Source of the DNA: Leptogorgia sarmentosa
Taxonomy: Eukaryota
Assembly: GCA_964658305.1 (NCBI GenBank)
Contig: OZ210884.1
Location: 2,356,001-2,420,000, forward strand
DNA length: 64,000 bases
Direction: 5' to 3'
Position numbers and translations under genes: made by a program. The notes beneath the pieces are model-generated. The model had not been told where the DNA came from and searched no databases. It saw nothing but the letters and a program-made list of their open reading frames with translations. This document shows positions 1 to 14,833 of the stretch, one piece after another. Position 1 is the first letter of the stretch. Each line of letters begins with the position of its first letter.

Positions 1-3000
1 AGAAGCAATCAAGTCACTTCGCCTGGTATGGTATATTTGCTATTGCTATTGCTCCTGTTGAGATTCCTTTGAAACAACGGGCTACCCATCATCATGCCCT
101 TGCTCGTATTTTTATCACAGGTTTACGAAATTTTCGCTGCACATTGCTCTTGGCACGGTGAATACGCATGGTAAATTTGGTGGCGACACCTTTCAAAATG
201 GAAGCCACAGATGCAATCAAGTCCCTTCACCTGGTATGGTATATTTGCTATTGCTCCTGTTGAGATTCCTTTGAAACAACGGGCTACCCATCATCATGCT
301 CTTGCTCGTATTTTTATCACAGGTTTACGAAATTTTCGCTGCACATTGCTCTTGGCATGGTGAATAGGCATGGTAAATTTGGTGGCGACACCATTCAAAA
401 TGGAAGCCACAGAAGCAATCAAGTCCCATCACCTGGTATGGTATATTTGCTATTGGTCCTGTTGAGATTCCTTTGAAACAACGGGCTACCCATCGTCATG
501 CCCTTGCTCGTATTTTTATCACAGGTTTACGAAATTTTCGCTGCACATTGCTCTTGGCATGATGAATACGCATGGTAAATTTGGTGGCGACACCATTCAA
601 AATGGAAGCCACAGAAGCAATCAAGTCACTTCGCCTGGTATGGTATATTTGCTATTGCTATTGCTCCTGTTGAGATTCCTTTGAAACAACGGGCTACCCA
701 TCATCATGCCCTTGCTCGTATTTTTATCACAGGTTTACGAAATTTTCGCTGCACATTGCTCTTGGCATGGTGAATACGCATGGTAAATTTGGTGGCGACA
801 CCTTTCAAAATGGAAGCCACAGATGCAATCAAGTCCCTTCACCTGGTATGGTATATTTGCTATTGCTCCTGTTGAGATTCCTTTGAAACAACGGGCTACC
901 CATCATCATGCCCTTGCTCGTATTTTTATCACAGGTTTACGAAATTTTCGCTGCACATTGCTCTTGGCATGCTAAATACGCATGGTAAATTTGGTGGCGA
1001 CACCATTCAAAATGGAAGCCACAGAAGCAATCAAGTCCCTTCACCTGGTATGGTATATTTGATATTGCTCCTGTTGAGATTCTTTTGAAACAACGGGCAA
1101 CCCATCATCATGCCCTTGCTCGTATTTTTATCACAGGTTTACGAAATTTTCACTGCACATAGCTCTTGGCATGGTGATTACGCATGGTAAATTTGGTGGC
1201 GACACCATTCAAAATGGAAGCCACAGAAGCAATCAAGTCCCTTCACCTGGTATGGTATATTTGCTATTGCTCCTGTTGAGATTCCTTTGAAACAACGGGC
1301 TACCCATCATCATGCCCTTGCTCGTATTTTTATCACAGGTTTACGAAATTTTCGCTGCACATTGCTCTTGGCATGGTGAATTGGCATGGTAAATTTGGTG
1401 GCGACACCATTCAAAATGGAAGCCACGGAAGCAATCAAGTCCCTTCACCTGGTATGGTATATTTGCTATTGCTATTGCTCCTGTTGAGATTCCTTTGAAA
1501 CAACGGGCTACCCATCATCATGCCCTTGCTCGTATTTTTATCACAGGTTTACGAAATTTTCGCTGCACATTGCTCTTGAATATCGTGAATACGCATGGTA
1601 AATTTGGTGGCGACATTATTCAAAATGGAAGCCACAGAAGCAATCAAGTCCCTTCACCTGGTATGGTATATTTGCGATTGCTATTGCTCCTGTTGAGATT
1701 CCTTTGAAACAACGGGCTACCCATCATCATGCCCTTGCTCATATTTTTATCACAGGTTTTCAAAATTTTCGCTGCACATTGCTCTTGGCATGGTGAATAC
1801 GCATGGTAAATTTGGTGGCGACACCATTCAAAATGGAAGCCACAGAAGCAATCAAGTCCCTTCACCTGGTATGGTATATTTGCTATTGCTCCTGTTGAGA
1901 TTCCTTTGAAACAACGGGCTACCCATCATCATGCCCTTGCTCGTATTTTTATCACAGGTTTACGAAATTTTCGCTGCACATTGCTCTTGGCATGGTGAAT
2001 ACGCATGGTAAATTTGGTGGCGACACCATTCAAAATGGAAGCCACAGAAGCAATCAAGTCCCTTCACCTGGTATGGTATATTTGCTATTGCTATTGCTCC
2101 TGTTGAGATTCCTTTGAAACAACGGGCTACCCATCATCATGCCCTTGCTCGTATTTTTATCACAGGTTTACGAAATTTTCGCTGCACATTGCTCTTGGCA
2201 TGGTGAATACGCATGGTAAATTTGGTGGCGACACCATTCAAAATGGAAGCCACAGAAGCAATCAAGTCACTTCGCCTGGTATGGTATATTTGCTATTGCT
2301 ATTGCTCCTGTTGAGATTCCTTTGAAACAACGGGCTACCCATCATCATGCCCTTGCTCGTATTTTTATCACAGGTTTACGAAATTTTCGCTGCACATTGC
2401 TCTTGGCATGGTGAATACGCATGGTAAATTTGGTGGCGACACCTTTCAAAATGGAAGCCACAGATGCAATCAAGTCCCTTCACCTGGTATGGTATATTTG
2501 CTATTGCTCCTGTTGAGATTCCTTTGAAACAACGGGCTACCCATCATCATGCCCTTGCTCGTATTTTTATCACAGGTTTACGAAATTTTCGCTGCACATT
2601 GCTCTTGGCATGCTAAATACGCATGGTAAATTTGGTGGCGACACCATTCAAAATGGAAGCCACAGAAGCAATCAAGTCCCTTCACCTGGTATGGTATATT
2701 TGATATTGCTCCTGTTGAGATTCTTTTGAAACAACGGGCAACCCATCATCATGCCCTTGCTCGTATTTTTATCACAGGTTTACGAAATTTTCACTGCACA
2801 TAGCTCTTGGCATGGTGATTACGCATGGTAAATTTGGTGGCGACACCATTCAAAATGGAAGCCACAGAAGCAATCAAGTCCCTTCACCTGGTATGGTATA
2901 TTTGCTATTGCTCCTGTTGAGATTCCTTTGAAACAACGGGCTACCCATCATCATGCCCTTGCTCGTATTTTTATCACAGGTTTACGAAATTTTCGCTGCA

Positions 3001-6000
3001 CATTGCTCTTGGCATGGTGAATTGGCATGGTAAATTTGGTGGCGACACCATTCAAAATGGAAGCCACGGAAGCAATCAAGTCCCTTCACCTGGTATGGTA
3101 TATTTGCTATTGCTATTGCTCCTGTTGAGATTCCTTTGAAACAACGGGCTACCCATCATCATGCCCTTGCTCGTATTTTTATCACAGGTTTACGAAATTT
3201 TCGCTGCACATTGCTCTTGAATATCGTGAATACGCATGGTAAATTTGGTGGCGACATTATTCAAAATGGAAGCCACAGAAGCAATCAAGTCCCTTCACCT
3301 GGTATGGTATATTTGCGATTGCTATTGCTCCTGTTGAGATTCCTTTGAAACAACGGGCTACCCATCATCATGCCCTTGCTCATATTTTTATCACAGGTTT
3401 TCAAAATTTTCGCTGCACATTGCTCTTGGCATGGTGAATACGCATGGTAAATTTGGTGGCGACACCATTCAAAATGGAAGCCACAGAAGCAATCAAGTCC
3501 CTTCACCTGGTATGGTATATTTGCTATTGCTCCTGTTGAGATTCCTTTGAAACAACGGGCTACCCATCATCATGCCCTTGCTCGTATTTTTATCACAGGT
3601 TTACGAAATTTTCGCTGCACATTGCTCTTGGCATGGTGAATACGCATGGTAAATTTGGTGGCGACACCATTCAAAATGGAAGCCACAGAAGCAATCAAGT
3701 CCCTTCACCTGGTATGGTATATTTGCTATTGCTATTGCTCCTGTTGAGATTCCTTTGAAACAACGGGCTACCCATCATCATGCCCTTGCTCGTATTTTTA
3801 TCACAGGTTTACGAAATTTTCGCTGCACATTGCTCTTGGCATGGTGAATACGCATGGTAAATTTGGTGGCGACACCATTCAAAATGGAAGCCACAGAAGC
3901 AATCAAGTCCCTTCACCTGGTATGGTATATTTGCTATTGCTCCTGTTGAGATTCCTTTGAAACAACGGGCTACCCATCATCATGCCCTTGCTCGTATTTT
4001 TACCACAGGTTTACCAAATTTTCGCTGGATATTGCTCTTGGCATGGTGAATACGCATAGTAAATTTGGTGGCGACACCATTCAAAATGGAAGCCACAGAA
4101 GCAATCAAGTCCCTTCACCTGGTATGGTATATTTGCTATTGCTCCTGTTGAGATTCCTTTGAAACAACGGGCTACCCATCATCATGCCCTTGCTCGTATT
4201 TTTATCACAGGTTTACGAAATTTTCGCTGCACATTGCTCTTGGCATGCTGAATACGCATGGTAAATTTGGTGGCGACACCATTCAAAATGGAAGCCACAG
4301 GAGCAATCAAGTCCCTTCACCTGGTATGGTATATTTGCTATTGCTATTGCTCCTGTTGAGATTCCTTTGAAACAACGGGCTACCCATCATCATGCCCTTG
4401 CTCGTATTTTTATCACAGGTTTACGAAATTTTCGCTGCACATTGCTCTTGGCATGGTGAATACGCATGGTAAATTTGGTGGCGACACCATTCAAAATGGA
4501 AGCCACACAAGCAATCAAGTCCCTTCACCTGGTATGGTATATTTGCTATTGCTATTGCTCCTGTTGAGATTCCTTTGAAACAACGGGCTACCCATCATCA
4601 TGCCCTTGCTCGTATTTTTATCACAGGTTTACGAAATTTTCGCTGCACATTGCTCTTGGCATGCTGAATACGCATGGTAAATTTGGTGGCGACACCATTC
4701 AAAATGGAAGCCACAGGAGCAATCAAGTCCCTTCACCTGGTATGGTATATTTGCTATTGCTATTGCTCCTGTTGAGATTCCTTAGAAACAACGGGCTACC
4801 CTTCATCATGCCCTTGCTCGTATTTTTATCACAGGTTTACGAAATTTTCGCTGCACATTGCTCTTGGCATGGTGAATACGCATGGTAAATTTGGTGGCGA
4901 CACCATTCAAAATGGAAGCCACAGAAGCAATCAAGTCCCTTCACCTGGTATGGTATATTTGCTATTGCTATTGCTCCTGTTGAGATTCCTTTGAAACAAC
5001 GGGCTACTCATCATCATGCCCTTGCTCGTATTTTTATCACAGGTTTACGAAATTTTCGCTGCACATTGCTCTTGGCATGGTGAATACGCATGGTAAATTT
5101 GGTGGTGACAACATTCAAAATGGAAGCCACAGAAGCAATCAAGTCCCTTCACCTCGTATGGTATATTTGCTATTGGTCCTGTTGAGATTCCTTTGAAACA
5201 ACGGGCTACCCATCATCATGCCCTTGCTCGTATTTTTATCACAGGTTTACGAAATTTTCGCTGCACATTGCTCTTGGCATGGTGAATACGCATGGTAAAT
5301 TTGGTGGCGACACCATTCAAAATGGAAGCCACAGAAGCAATCAAGTCCCTTCACCTGGTATGGTATATTTGCTATTGCTACTGTTGAGATTCCTTTGAAA
5401 CAACGGGCTACCCATCGTCATGCCCTTGCTCGTATTTTTATCACACGTTTACGAAATTTTCGCTGCACATTGCTCTCGGCATGGTGAATACGCATGGTCA
5501 ATTTGGTGGCGACACCATTCAAAATGGAAGCCACAGAAGCAATCAAGTCCCTTCACCTGGTATGGTATATTTGCTATTGCTCCTGTTGAGATTCCTTTGA
5601 AACAACGGGCTACCCATCATCATGCCCTTGCTCGTATTTTTATCACAGGTTTACAAAAGTTTCGCTGCACATTGCTCTTGGCATGATGAATACGCATGGT
5701 AAATTTGGTGGCGACACCATTCAAAATGGAAGCCACAGAAGCAATCAAGTCCCTTCACCTGGTATGGTATATTTGCTATTGCTCCTGTTGAGATTCCTTT
5801 GAAACAACGGGCTACCCATCATCATGCCCTTGCTCGTATTTTTATCACAGGTTTACAAAAGTTTCGCTGCACATTGCTCTTGGCATGATGAATACGCATG
5901 GTAAATTTGGTGGCGACACCATTCAAAATGGAAGCCACAGAAGCAATCAAGTCCCTTCACCTGGTATGGTATATTTGCTATTGCTACTGTTGAGATTCCT

Positions 6001-9000
6001 TTGAAACAACGGGCTACCCATCGTCATGCCCTTGCTCGTATTTTTATCACACGTTTACGAAAGTTTCGCTGCACATTGCTCTTGGCATGGTGAATACGCA
6101 TGGTAAATTTGGTGGCGACACCATTCAAAATGGAAGCCACAGAAGCAATCAAGTCCCTTCACCTGGTATGGTATATTTGCTATTGCTCCTGTTGAGATTC
6201 CTTTGAAACAACGGGCTACCCATCATCATGCCCTTGCTCGTATTTTTATCACAGGTTTACGAAATTTTCGCTGCACATTGCTCTTGGCATGGTGAATACG
6301 CATGGTAAATTTGGTGGCGACACCATTCAAAATGGAAGCCACAGAAGCAATCAAGTCACTTCGCCTGGTATGGTATATTTGCTATTGCTATTGCTCCTGT
6401 TGAGATTCCTTTGAAACAACGGGCTACCCATCATCATGCCCTTGCTCGTATTTTTATCACAGGTTTACGAAATTTTCGCTGCACATTGCTCTTGGCACGG
6501 TGAATACGCATGGTAAATTTGGTGGCGACACCTTTCAAAATGGAAGCCACAGATGCAATCAAGTCCCTTCACCTGGTATGGTATATTTGCTATTGCTCCT
6601 GTTGAGATTCCTTTGAAACAACGGGCTACCCATCATCATGCTCTTGCTCGTATTTTTATCACAGGTTTACGAAATTTTCGCTGCACATTGCTCTTGGCAT
6701 GGTGAATAGGCATGGTAAATTTGGTGGCGACACCATTCAAAATGGAAGCCACAGAAGCAATCAAGTCCCATCACCTGGTATGGTATATTTGCTATTGGTC
6801 CTGTTGAGATTCCTTTGAAACAACGGGCTACCCATCGTCATGCCCTTGCTCGTATTTTTATCACAGGTTTACGAAATTTTCGCTGCACATTGCTCTTGGC
6901 ATGATGAATACGCATGGTAAATTTGGTGGCGACACCATTCAAAATGGAAGCCACAGAAGCAATCAAGTCACTTCGCCTGGTATGGTATATTTGCTATTGC
7001 TATTGCTCCTGTTGAGATTCCTTTGAAACAACGGGCTACCCATCATCATGCCCTTGCTCGTATTTTTATCACAGGTTTACGAAATTTTCGCTGCACATTG
7101 CTCTTGGCATGGTGAATACGCATGGTAAATTTGGTGGCGACACCTTTCAAAATGGAAGCCACAGATGCAATCAAGTCCCTTCACCTGGTATGGTATATTT
7201 GCTATTGCTCCTGTTGAGATTCCTTTGAAACAACGGGCTACCCATCATCATGCCCTTGCTCGTATTTTTATCACAGGTTTACGAAATTTTCGCTGCACAT
7301 TGCTCTTGGCATGCTAAATACGCATGGTAAATTTGGTGGCGACACCATTCAAAATGGAAGCCACAGAAGCAATCAAGTCCCTTCACCTGGTATGGTATAT
7401 TTGATATTGCTCCTGTTGAGATTCTTTTGAAACAACGGGCAACCCATCATCATGCCCTTGCTCGTATTTTTATCACAGGTTTACGAAATTTTCACTGCAC
7501 ATAGCTCTTGGCATGGTGATTACGCATGGTAAATTTGGTGGCGACACCATTCAAAATGGAAGCCACAGAAGCAATCAAGTCCCTTCACCTGGTATGGTAT
7601 ATTTGCTATTGCTCCTGTTGAGATTCCTTTGAAACAACGGGCTACCCATCATCATGCCCTTGCTCGTATTTTTATCACAGGTTTACGAAATTTTCGCTGC
7701 ACATTGCTCTTGGCATGGTGAATTGGCATGGTAAATTTGGTGGCGACACCATTCAAAATGGAAGCCACGGAAGCAATCAAGTCCCTTCACCTGGTATGGT
7801 ATATTTGCTATTGCTATTGCTCCTGTTGAGATTCCTTTGAAACAACGGGCTACCCATCATCATGCCCTTGCTCGTATTTTTATCACAGGTTTACGAAATT
7901 TTCGCTGCACATTGCTCTTGAATATCGTGAATACGCATGGTAAATTTGGTGGCGACATTATTCAAAATGGAAGCCACAGAAGCAATCAAGTCCCTTCACC
8001 TGGTATGGTATATTTGCGATTGCTATTGCTCCTGTTGAGATTCCTTTGAAACAACGGGCTACCCATCATCATGCCCTTGCTCATATTTTTATCACAGGTT
8101 TTCAAAATTTTCGCTGCACATTGCTCTTGGCATGGTGAATACGCATGGTAAATTTGGTGGCGACACCATTCAAAATGGAAGCCACAGAAGCAATCAAGTC
8201 CCTTCACCTGGTATGGTATATTTGCTATTGCTCCTGTTGAGATTCCTTTGAAACAACGGGCTACCCATCATCATGCCCTTGCTCGTATTTTTATCACAGG
8301 TTTACGAAATTTTCGCTGCACATTGCTCTTGGCATGGTGAATACGCATGGTAAATTTGGTGGCGACACCATTCAAAATGGAAGCCACAGAAGCAATCAAG
8401 TCCCTTCACCTGGTATGGTATATTTGCTATTGCTATTGCTCCTGTTGAGATTCCTTTGAAACAACGGGCTACCCATCATCATGCCCTTGCTCGTATTTTT
8501 ATCACAGGTTTACGAAATTTTCGCTGCACATTGCTCTTGGCATGGTGAATACGCATGGTAAATTTGGTGGCGACACCATTCAAAATGGAAGCCACAGAAG
8601 CAATCAAGTCCCTTCACCTGGTATGGTATATTTGCTATTGCTCCTGTTGAGATTCCTTTGAAACAACGGGCTACCCATCATCATGCCCTTGCTCGTATTT
8701 TTACCACAGGTTTACCAAATTTTCGCTGGATATTGCTCTTGGCATGGTGAATACGCATAGTAAATTTGGTGGCGACACCATTCAAAATGGAAGCCACAGA
8801 AGCAATCAAGTCCCTTCACCTGGTATGGTATATTTGCTATTGCTCCTGTTGAGATTCCTTTGAAACAACGGGCTACCCATCATCATGCCCTTGCTCGTAT
8901 TTTTATCACAGGTTTACGAAATTTTCGCTGCACATTGCTCTTGGCATGCTGAATACGCATGGTAAATTTGGTGGCGACACCATTCAAAATGGAAGCCACA

Positions 9001-10841
9001 GGAGCAATCAAGTCCCTTCACCTGGTATGGTATATTTGCTATTGCTATTGCTCCTGTTGAGATTCCTTTGAAACAACGGGCTACCCATCATCATGCCCTT
9101 GCTCGTATTTTTATCACAGGTTTACGAAATTTTCGCTGCACATTGCTCTTGGCATGGTGAATACGCATGGTAAATTTGGTGGCGACACCATTCAAAATGG
9201 AAGCCACACAAGCAATCAAGTCCCTTCACCTGGTATGGTATATTTGCTATTGCTATTGCTCCTGTTGAGATTCCTTTGAAACAACGGGCTACCCATCATC
9301 ATGCCCTTGCTCGTATTTTTATCACAGGTTTACGAAATTTTCGCTGCACATTGCTCTTGGCATGCTGAATACGCATGGTAAATTTGGTGGCGACACCATT
9401 CAAAATGGAAGCCACAGGAGCAATCAAGTCCCTTCACCTGGTATGGTATATTTGCTATTGCTATTGCTCCTGTTGAGATTCCTTAGAAACAACGGGCTAC
9501 CCTTCATCATGCCCTTGCTCGTATTTTTATCACAGGTTTACGAAATTTTCGCTGCACATTGCTCTTGGCATGGTGAATACGCATGGTAAATTTGGTGGCG
9601 ACACCATTCAAAATGGAAGCCACAGAAGCAATCAAGTCCCTTCACCTGGTATGGTATATTTGCTATTGCTATTGCTCCTGTTGAGATTCCTTTGAAACAA
9701 CGGGCTACTCATCATCATGCCCTTGCTCGTATTTTTATCACAGGTTTACGAAATTTTCGCTGCACATTGCTCTTGGCATGGTGAATACGCATGGTAAATT
9801 TGGTGGTGACAACATTCAAAATGGAAGCCACAGAAGCAATCAAGTCCCTTCACCTCGTATGGTATATTTGCTATTGGTCCTGTTGAGATTCCTTTGAAAC
9901 AACGGGCTACCCATCATCATGCCCTTGCTCGTATTTTTATCACAGGTTTACGAAATTTTCGCTGCACATTGCTCTTGGCATGGTGAATACGCATGGTAAA
10001 TTTGGTGGCGACACCATTCAAAATGGAAGCCACAGAAGCAATCAAGTCCCTTCACCTGGTATGGTATATTTGCTATTGCTACTGTTGAGATTCCTTTGAA
10101 ACAACGGGCTACCCATCGTCATGCCCTTGCTCGTATTTTTATCACACGTTTACGAAATTTTCGCTGCACATTGCTCTCGGCATGGTGAATACGCATGGTC
10201 AATTTGGTGGCGACACCATTCAAAATGGAAGCCACAGAAGCAATCAAGTCCCTTCACCTGGTATGGTATATTTGCTATTGCTCCTGTTGAGATTCCTTTG
10301 AAACAACGGGCTACCCATCATCATGCCCTTGCTCGTATTTTTATCACAGGTTTACAAAAGTTTCGCTGCACATTGCTCTTGGCATGATGAATACGCATGG
10401 TAAATTTGGTGGCGACACCATTCAAAATGGAAGCCACAGAAGCAATCAAGTCCCTTCACCTGGTATGGTATATTTGCTATTGCTCCTGTTGAGATTCCTT
10501 TGAAACAACGGGCTACCCATCATCATGCCCTTGCTCGTATTTTTATCACAGGTTTACAAAAGTTTCGCTGCACATTGCTCTTGGCATGATGAATACGCAT
10601 GGTAAATTTGGTGGCGACACCATTCAAAATGGAAGCCACAGAAGCAATCAAGTCCCTTCACCTGGTATGGTATATTTGCTATTGCTACTGTTGAGATTCC
10701 TTTGAAACAACGGGCTACCCATCGTCATGCCCTTGCTCGTATTTTTATCACACGTTTACGAAAGTTTCGCTGCACATTGCTCTTGGCATGGTGAATACGC
10801 ATGGTAAATTTGGTGGCGACACCATTCAAAATGGAAGCCAC
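1..10841. repeat. Higher-order duplication, 4701-bp unit (23 monomers); the first copy is expanded to 6342 bp by the internal 8-mer duplication
   Basis: ORF offsets 3136/7837, 4661/9362 and 5420/10121 all equal 4701. GGCACGG at about 155/6497 and ORFs 1495/7837 give 6342. The match ends at 6141 (A) versus 10842 (T). Confidence 0.92.
563..3909. repeat. Higher-order tandem duplication, period 1641 bp (8 monomers), 2 copies
   Basis: Diagnostic variants recur at +1641: AAGTCACTTCGCC at 628/2269 and TTGAATATCGTG at about 1577/3218. ORFs at 1495/3136 and 1644/3285. Confidence 0.93.
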
Positions 10842-13800
10842 TGAAGCAATCAAGTCCCTTCGCCTGGTATGGTATATTTGCTATTGCTCCTGTTGAGATT
10901 CCTTTGAAACAACGGGCTACCCATCATCATGCCCTTGCTCGTATTTTTATCACAGGTTTACAAAAGTTTCGCTGCACATTGCTCTTGGCATGATGAATAC
11001 GCATGGTAAATTTGGTGGCGACACCATTCAAAATGGAAGCCACAGAAGCAATCAAGTCCCTTCACCTGGTATGGTATATTTGCTATTGCTACTGTTGAGA
11101 TTCCTTTGAAACAACGGGCTACCCATCGTCATGCCCTTGCTCGTATTTTTATCACACGTTTACGAAAGTTTCGCTGCACATTGCTCTTGGCATGGCGAAT
11201 ACGCATGGTAAATTTGGTGGCGACACCATTCAAAATGGAAGCCACTGAAGCAATCAAGTCCCTTCGCCTGGTATGGTATATTTGCTATTGCTATTGCTCC
11301 TGTTGAGATTCCTTTGAAACAACGGGCTACCCATTATCATGCCCTGGCTCGTATTTTTATCACAGGTTTACGAAATTTTCGCTGGACATTGCTCTTGGCA
11401 TGGCGAATACGCATGGTAAATTTGGTGGCGACACCATTCAAAATGGAAGCCACAGAAGCAATCAAGTCCCTTCACCTGGTATGGTATATTTGCTATTGCT
11501 CCTGTTGAGATTCCTTTGAAACAACGGGCTACCCATCATCATGCCCTTGCTCGTATTTTTATCACAGGTTTAGGAAATTTTCGCTGCACATTGCTCTTGG
11601 CATGGGGAATACGCATGGTAAATTTGGTGGTGACACCATTCAAAATGGAAGACACAGAAGCAATCAAGTCCCTTCACCTGGTATGGTATATTTGCTATTG
11701 CTATTGCTCCTGTTGAGATTCCTTTGAAACAACGGGCTACCCATCATCATGCCCTTGCTCGTATTTTTATCACACGTTTACGAAATTTTCGCTGCACATT
11801 GCTCTCGGCATGGTGAATACGCATGGTCAATTTGGTGGCGACACCATTCAAAATGGAAGCCACAGAAGCAATCAAGTCCCTTCACCTGGTATGGTATATT
11901 TGCTATTGCTCCTGTTGAGATTCCTTTGAAACAACGGGCTACCCATCATCATGCCATTGCTCGTATTTTTATCACAGGTTTACGACATTTTCGCTGCACA
12001 TTGCTCTTGGCATGGTGAATACGCATGGTCAATTTGGTGGCGACACCATTCAAAATGGAAGCCACTGAAGCAATCAAGTCCCTTCGCCTGGTATGGTATA
12101 TTTGCTATTGCTATTGCTCCTGTTGAGATTCTTTGAAACAACGGGCTACCCATCATCATGCCATTGCTCGTATTTTTATCACAGGTTTACGACATTTTCG
12201 CTGCACATTGCTCTTGGCATGGTGAATACGCATGGTCAATTTGGTGGCGACACCATTCAAAATGGAAGCCACAGAAGCAATCAAGTCCCTTCACCTGGTA
12301 TGGTATATTTGCTATTGCTCCTGTTGAGATTCCTTTGAAACAACGGGCTACCCATCATCATGCCCTTGCTCGTATTTTTATCACAGGTTTACGAAATTTT
12401 CGCTGCACATTGCTCTTGGCATGGTGAATACGCATGGTAAATTTGGTGGCGACACCATTCAAAATGGAAGCCACAGAAGCAATCAAGTCCCTTCACCTGG
12501 TATGGTATATTTGCTATTGCTACTGTTGAGATTCCTTTGAAACAACGGGCTACCCATCGTCATGCCCTTGCTCGTATTTTTATCACACGTTTACGAAATT
12601 TTCGCTGCACATTGCTCTCGGCATGGTGAATACGCATGGTCAATTTGGTGGCGACACCATTCAAAATGGAAGCCACAGAAGCAATCAAGTCCCTTCACCT
12701 GGTATGGTATATTTGCTATTGCTCCTGTTGAGATTCCTTTGAAACAACGGGCTACCCATCATCATGCCCTTGCTCGTATTTTTATCACAGGTTTACAAAA
12801 GTTTCGCTGCACATTGCTCTTGGCATGATGAATACGCATGGTAAATTTGGTGGCGACACCATTCAAAATGGAAGCCACAGAAGCAATCAAGTCCCTTCAC
12901 CTGGTATGGTATATTTGCTATTGCTCCTGTTGAGATTCCTTTGAAACAACGGGCTACCCATCATCATGCCCTTGCTCGTATTTTTATCACAGGTTTACAA
13001 AAGTTTCGCTGCACATTGCTCTTGGCATGATGAATACGCATGGTAAATTTGGTGGCGACACCATTCAAAATGGAAGCCACAGAAGCAATCAAGTCCCTTC
13101 ACCTGGTATGGTATATTTGCTATTGCTACTGTTGAGATTCCTTTGAAACAACGGGCTACCCATCGTCATGCCCTTGCTCGTATTTTTATCACACGTTTAC
13201 GAAAGTTTCGCTGCACATTGCTCTTGGCATGGTGAATACGCATGGTAAATTTGGTGGCGACACCATTCAAAATGGAAGCAACTGAAGCAATCAAGTCCCT
13301 TCGCCTGGTATGGTATATTTGCTATTGCTCCTGTTGAGATTCCTTTGAAACAACGGGCTACCCATCATCATGCCCTTGCTCGTATTTTTATCACAGGTTT
13401 ACAAAAGTTTCGCTGCACATTGCTCTTGGCATGATGAATACGCATGGTAAATTTGGTGGCGACACCATTCAAAATGGAAGCCACAGAAGCAATCAAGTCC
13501 CTTCACCTGGTATGGTATATTTGCTATTGCTACTGTTGAGATTCCTTTGAAACAACGGGCTACCCATCGTCATGCCCTTGCTCGTATTTTTATCACACGT
13601 TTACGAAAGTTTCGCTGCACATTGCTCTTGGCATGGCGAATACGCATGGTAAATTTGGTGGCGACACCATTCAAAATGGAAGCCACTGAAGCAATCAAGT
13701 CCCTTCGCCTGGTATGGTATATTTGCTATTGCTATTGCTCCTGTTGAGATTCCTTTGAAACAACGGGCTACCCATTATCATGCCCTGGCTCGTATTTTTA

Positions 13801-14833
13801 TCACAGGTTTACGAAATTTTCGCTGGACATTGCTCTTGGCATGGCGAATACGCATGGTAAATTTGGTGGCGACACCATTCAAAATGGAAGCCACAGAAGC
13901 AATCAAGTCCCTTCACCTGGTATGGTATATTTGCTATTGCTCCTGTTGAGATTCCTTTGAAACAACGGGCTACCCATCATCATGCCCTTGCTCGTATTTT
14001 TATCACAGGTTTAGGAAATTTTCGCTGCACATTGCTCTTGGCATGGGGAATACGCATGGTAAATTTGGTGGTGACACCATTCAAAATGGAAGACACAGAA
14101 GCAATCAAGTCCCTTCACCTGGTATGGTATATTTGCTATTGCTATTGCTCCTGTTGAGATTCCTTTGAAACAACGGGCTACCCATCATCATGCCCTTGCT
14201 CGTATTTTTATCACACGTTTACGAAATTTTCGCTGCACATTGCTCTCGGCATGGTGAATACGCATGGTCAATTTGGTGGCGACACCATTCAAAATGGAAG
14301 CCACAGAAGCAATCAAGTCCCTTCACCTGGTATGGTATATTTGCTATTGCTCCTGTTGAGATTCCTTTGAAACAACGGGCTACCCATCATCATGCCATTG
14401 CTCGTATTTTTATCACAGGTTTACGACATTTTCGCTGCACATTGCTCTTGGCATGGTGAATACGCATGGTCAATTTGGTGGCGACACCATTCAAAATGGA
14501 AGCCACTGAAGCAATCAAGTCCCTTCGCCTGGTATGGTATATTTGCTATTGCTATTGCTCCTGTTGAGATTCTTTGAAACAACGGGCTACCCATCATCAT
14601 GCCATTGCTCGTATTTTTATCACAGGTTTACGACATTTTCGCTGCACATTGCTCTTGGCATGGTGAATACGCATGGTCAATTTGGTGGCGACACCATTCA
14701 AAATGGAAGCCACAGAAGCAATCAAGTCCCTTCACCTGGTATGGTATATTTGCTATTGCTCCTGTTGAGATTCCTTTGAAACAACGGGCTACCCATCATC
14801 ATGCCCTTGCTCGTATTTTTATCACAGGTTTAC
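9878..14833. repeat. Higher-order tandem duplication, period 2441 bp (12 monomers), 2 copies
   Basis: ORF offsets 10121/12562, 11106/13547 and 12158/14599 equal 2441. One internal difference seen (10839 C versus 13280 A). Confidence 0.93.
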
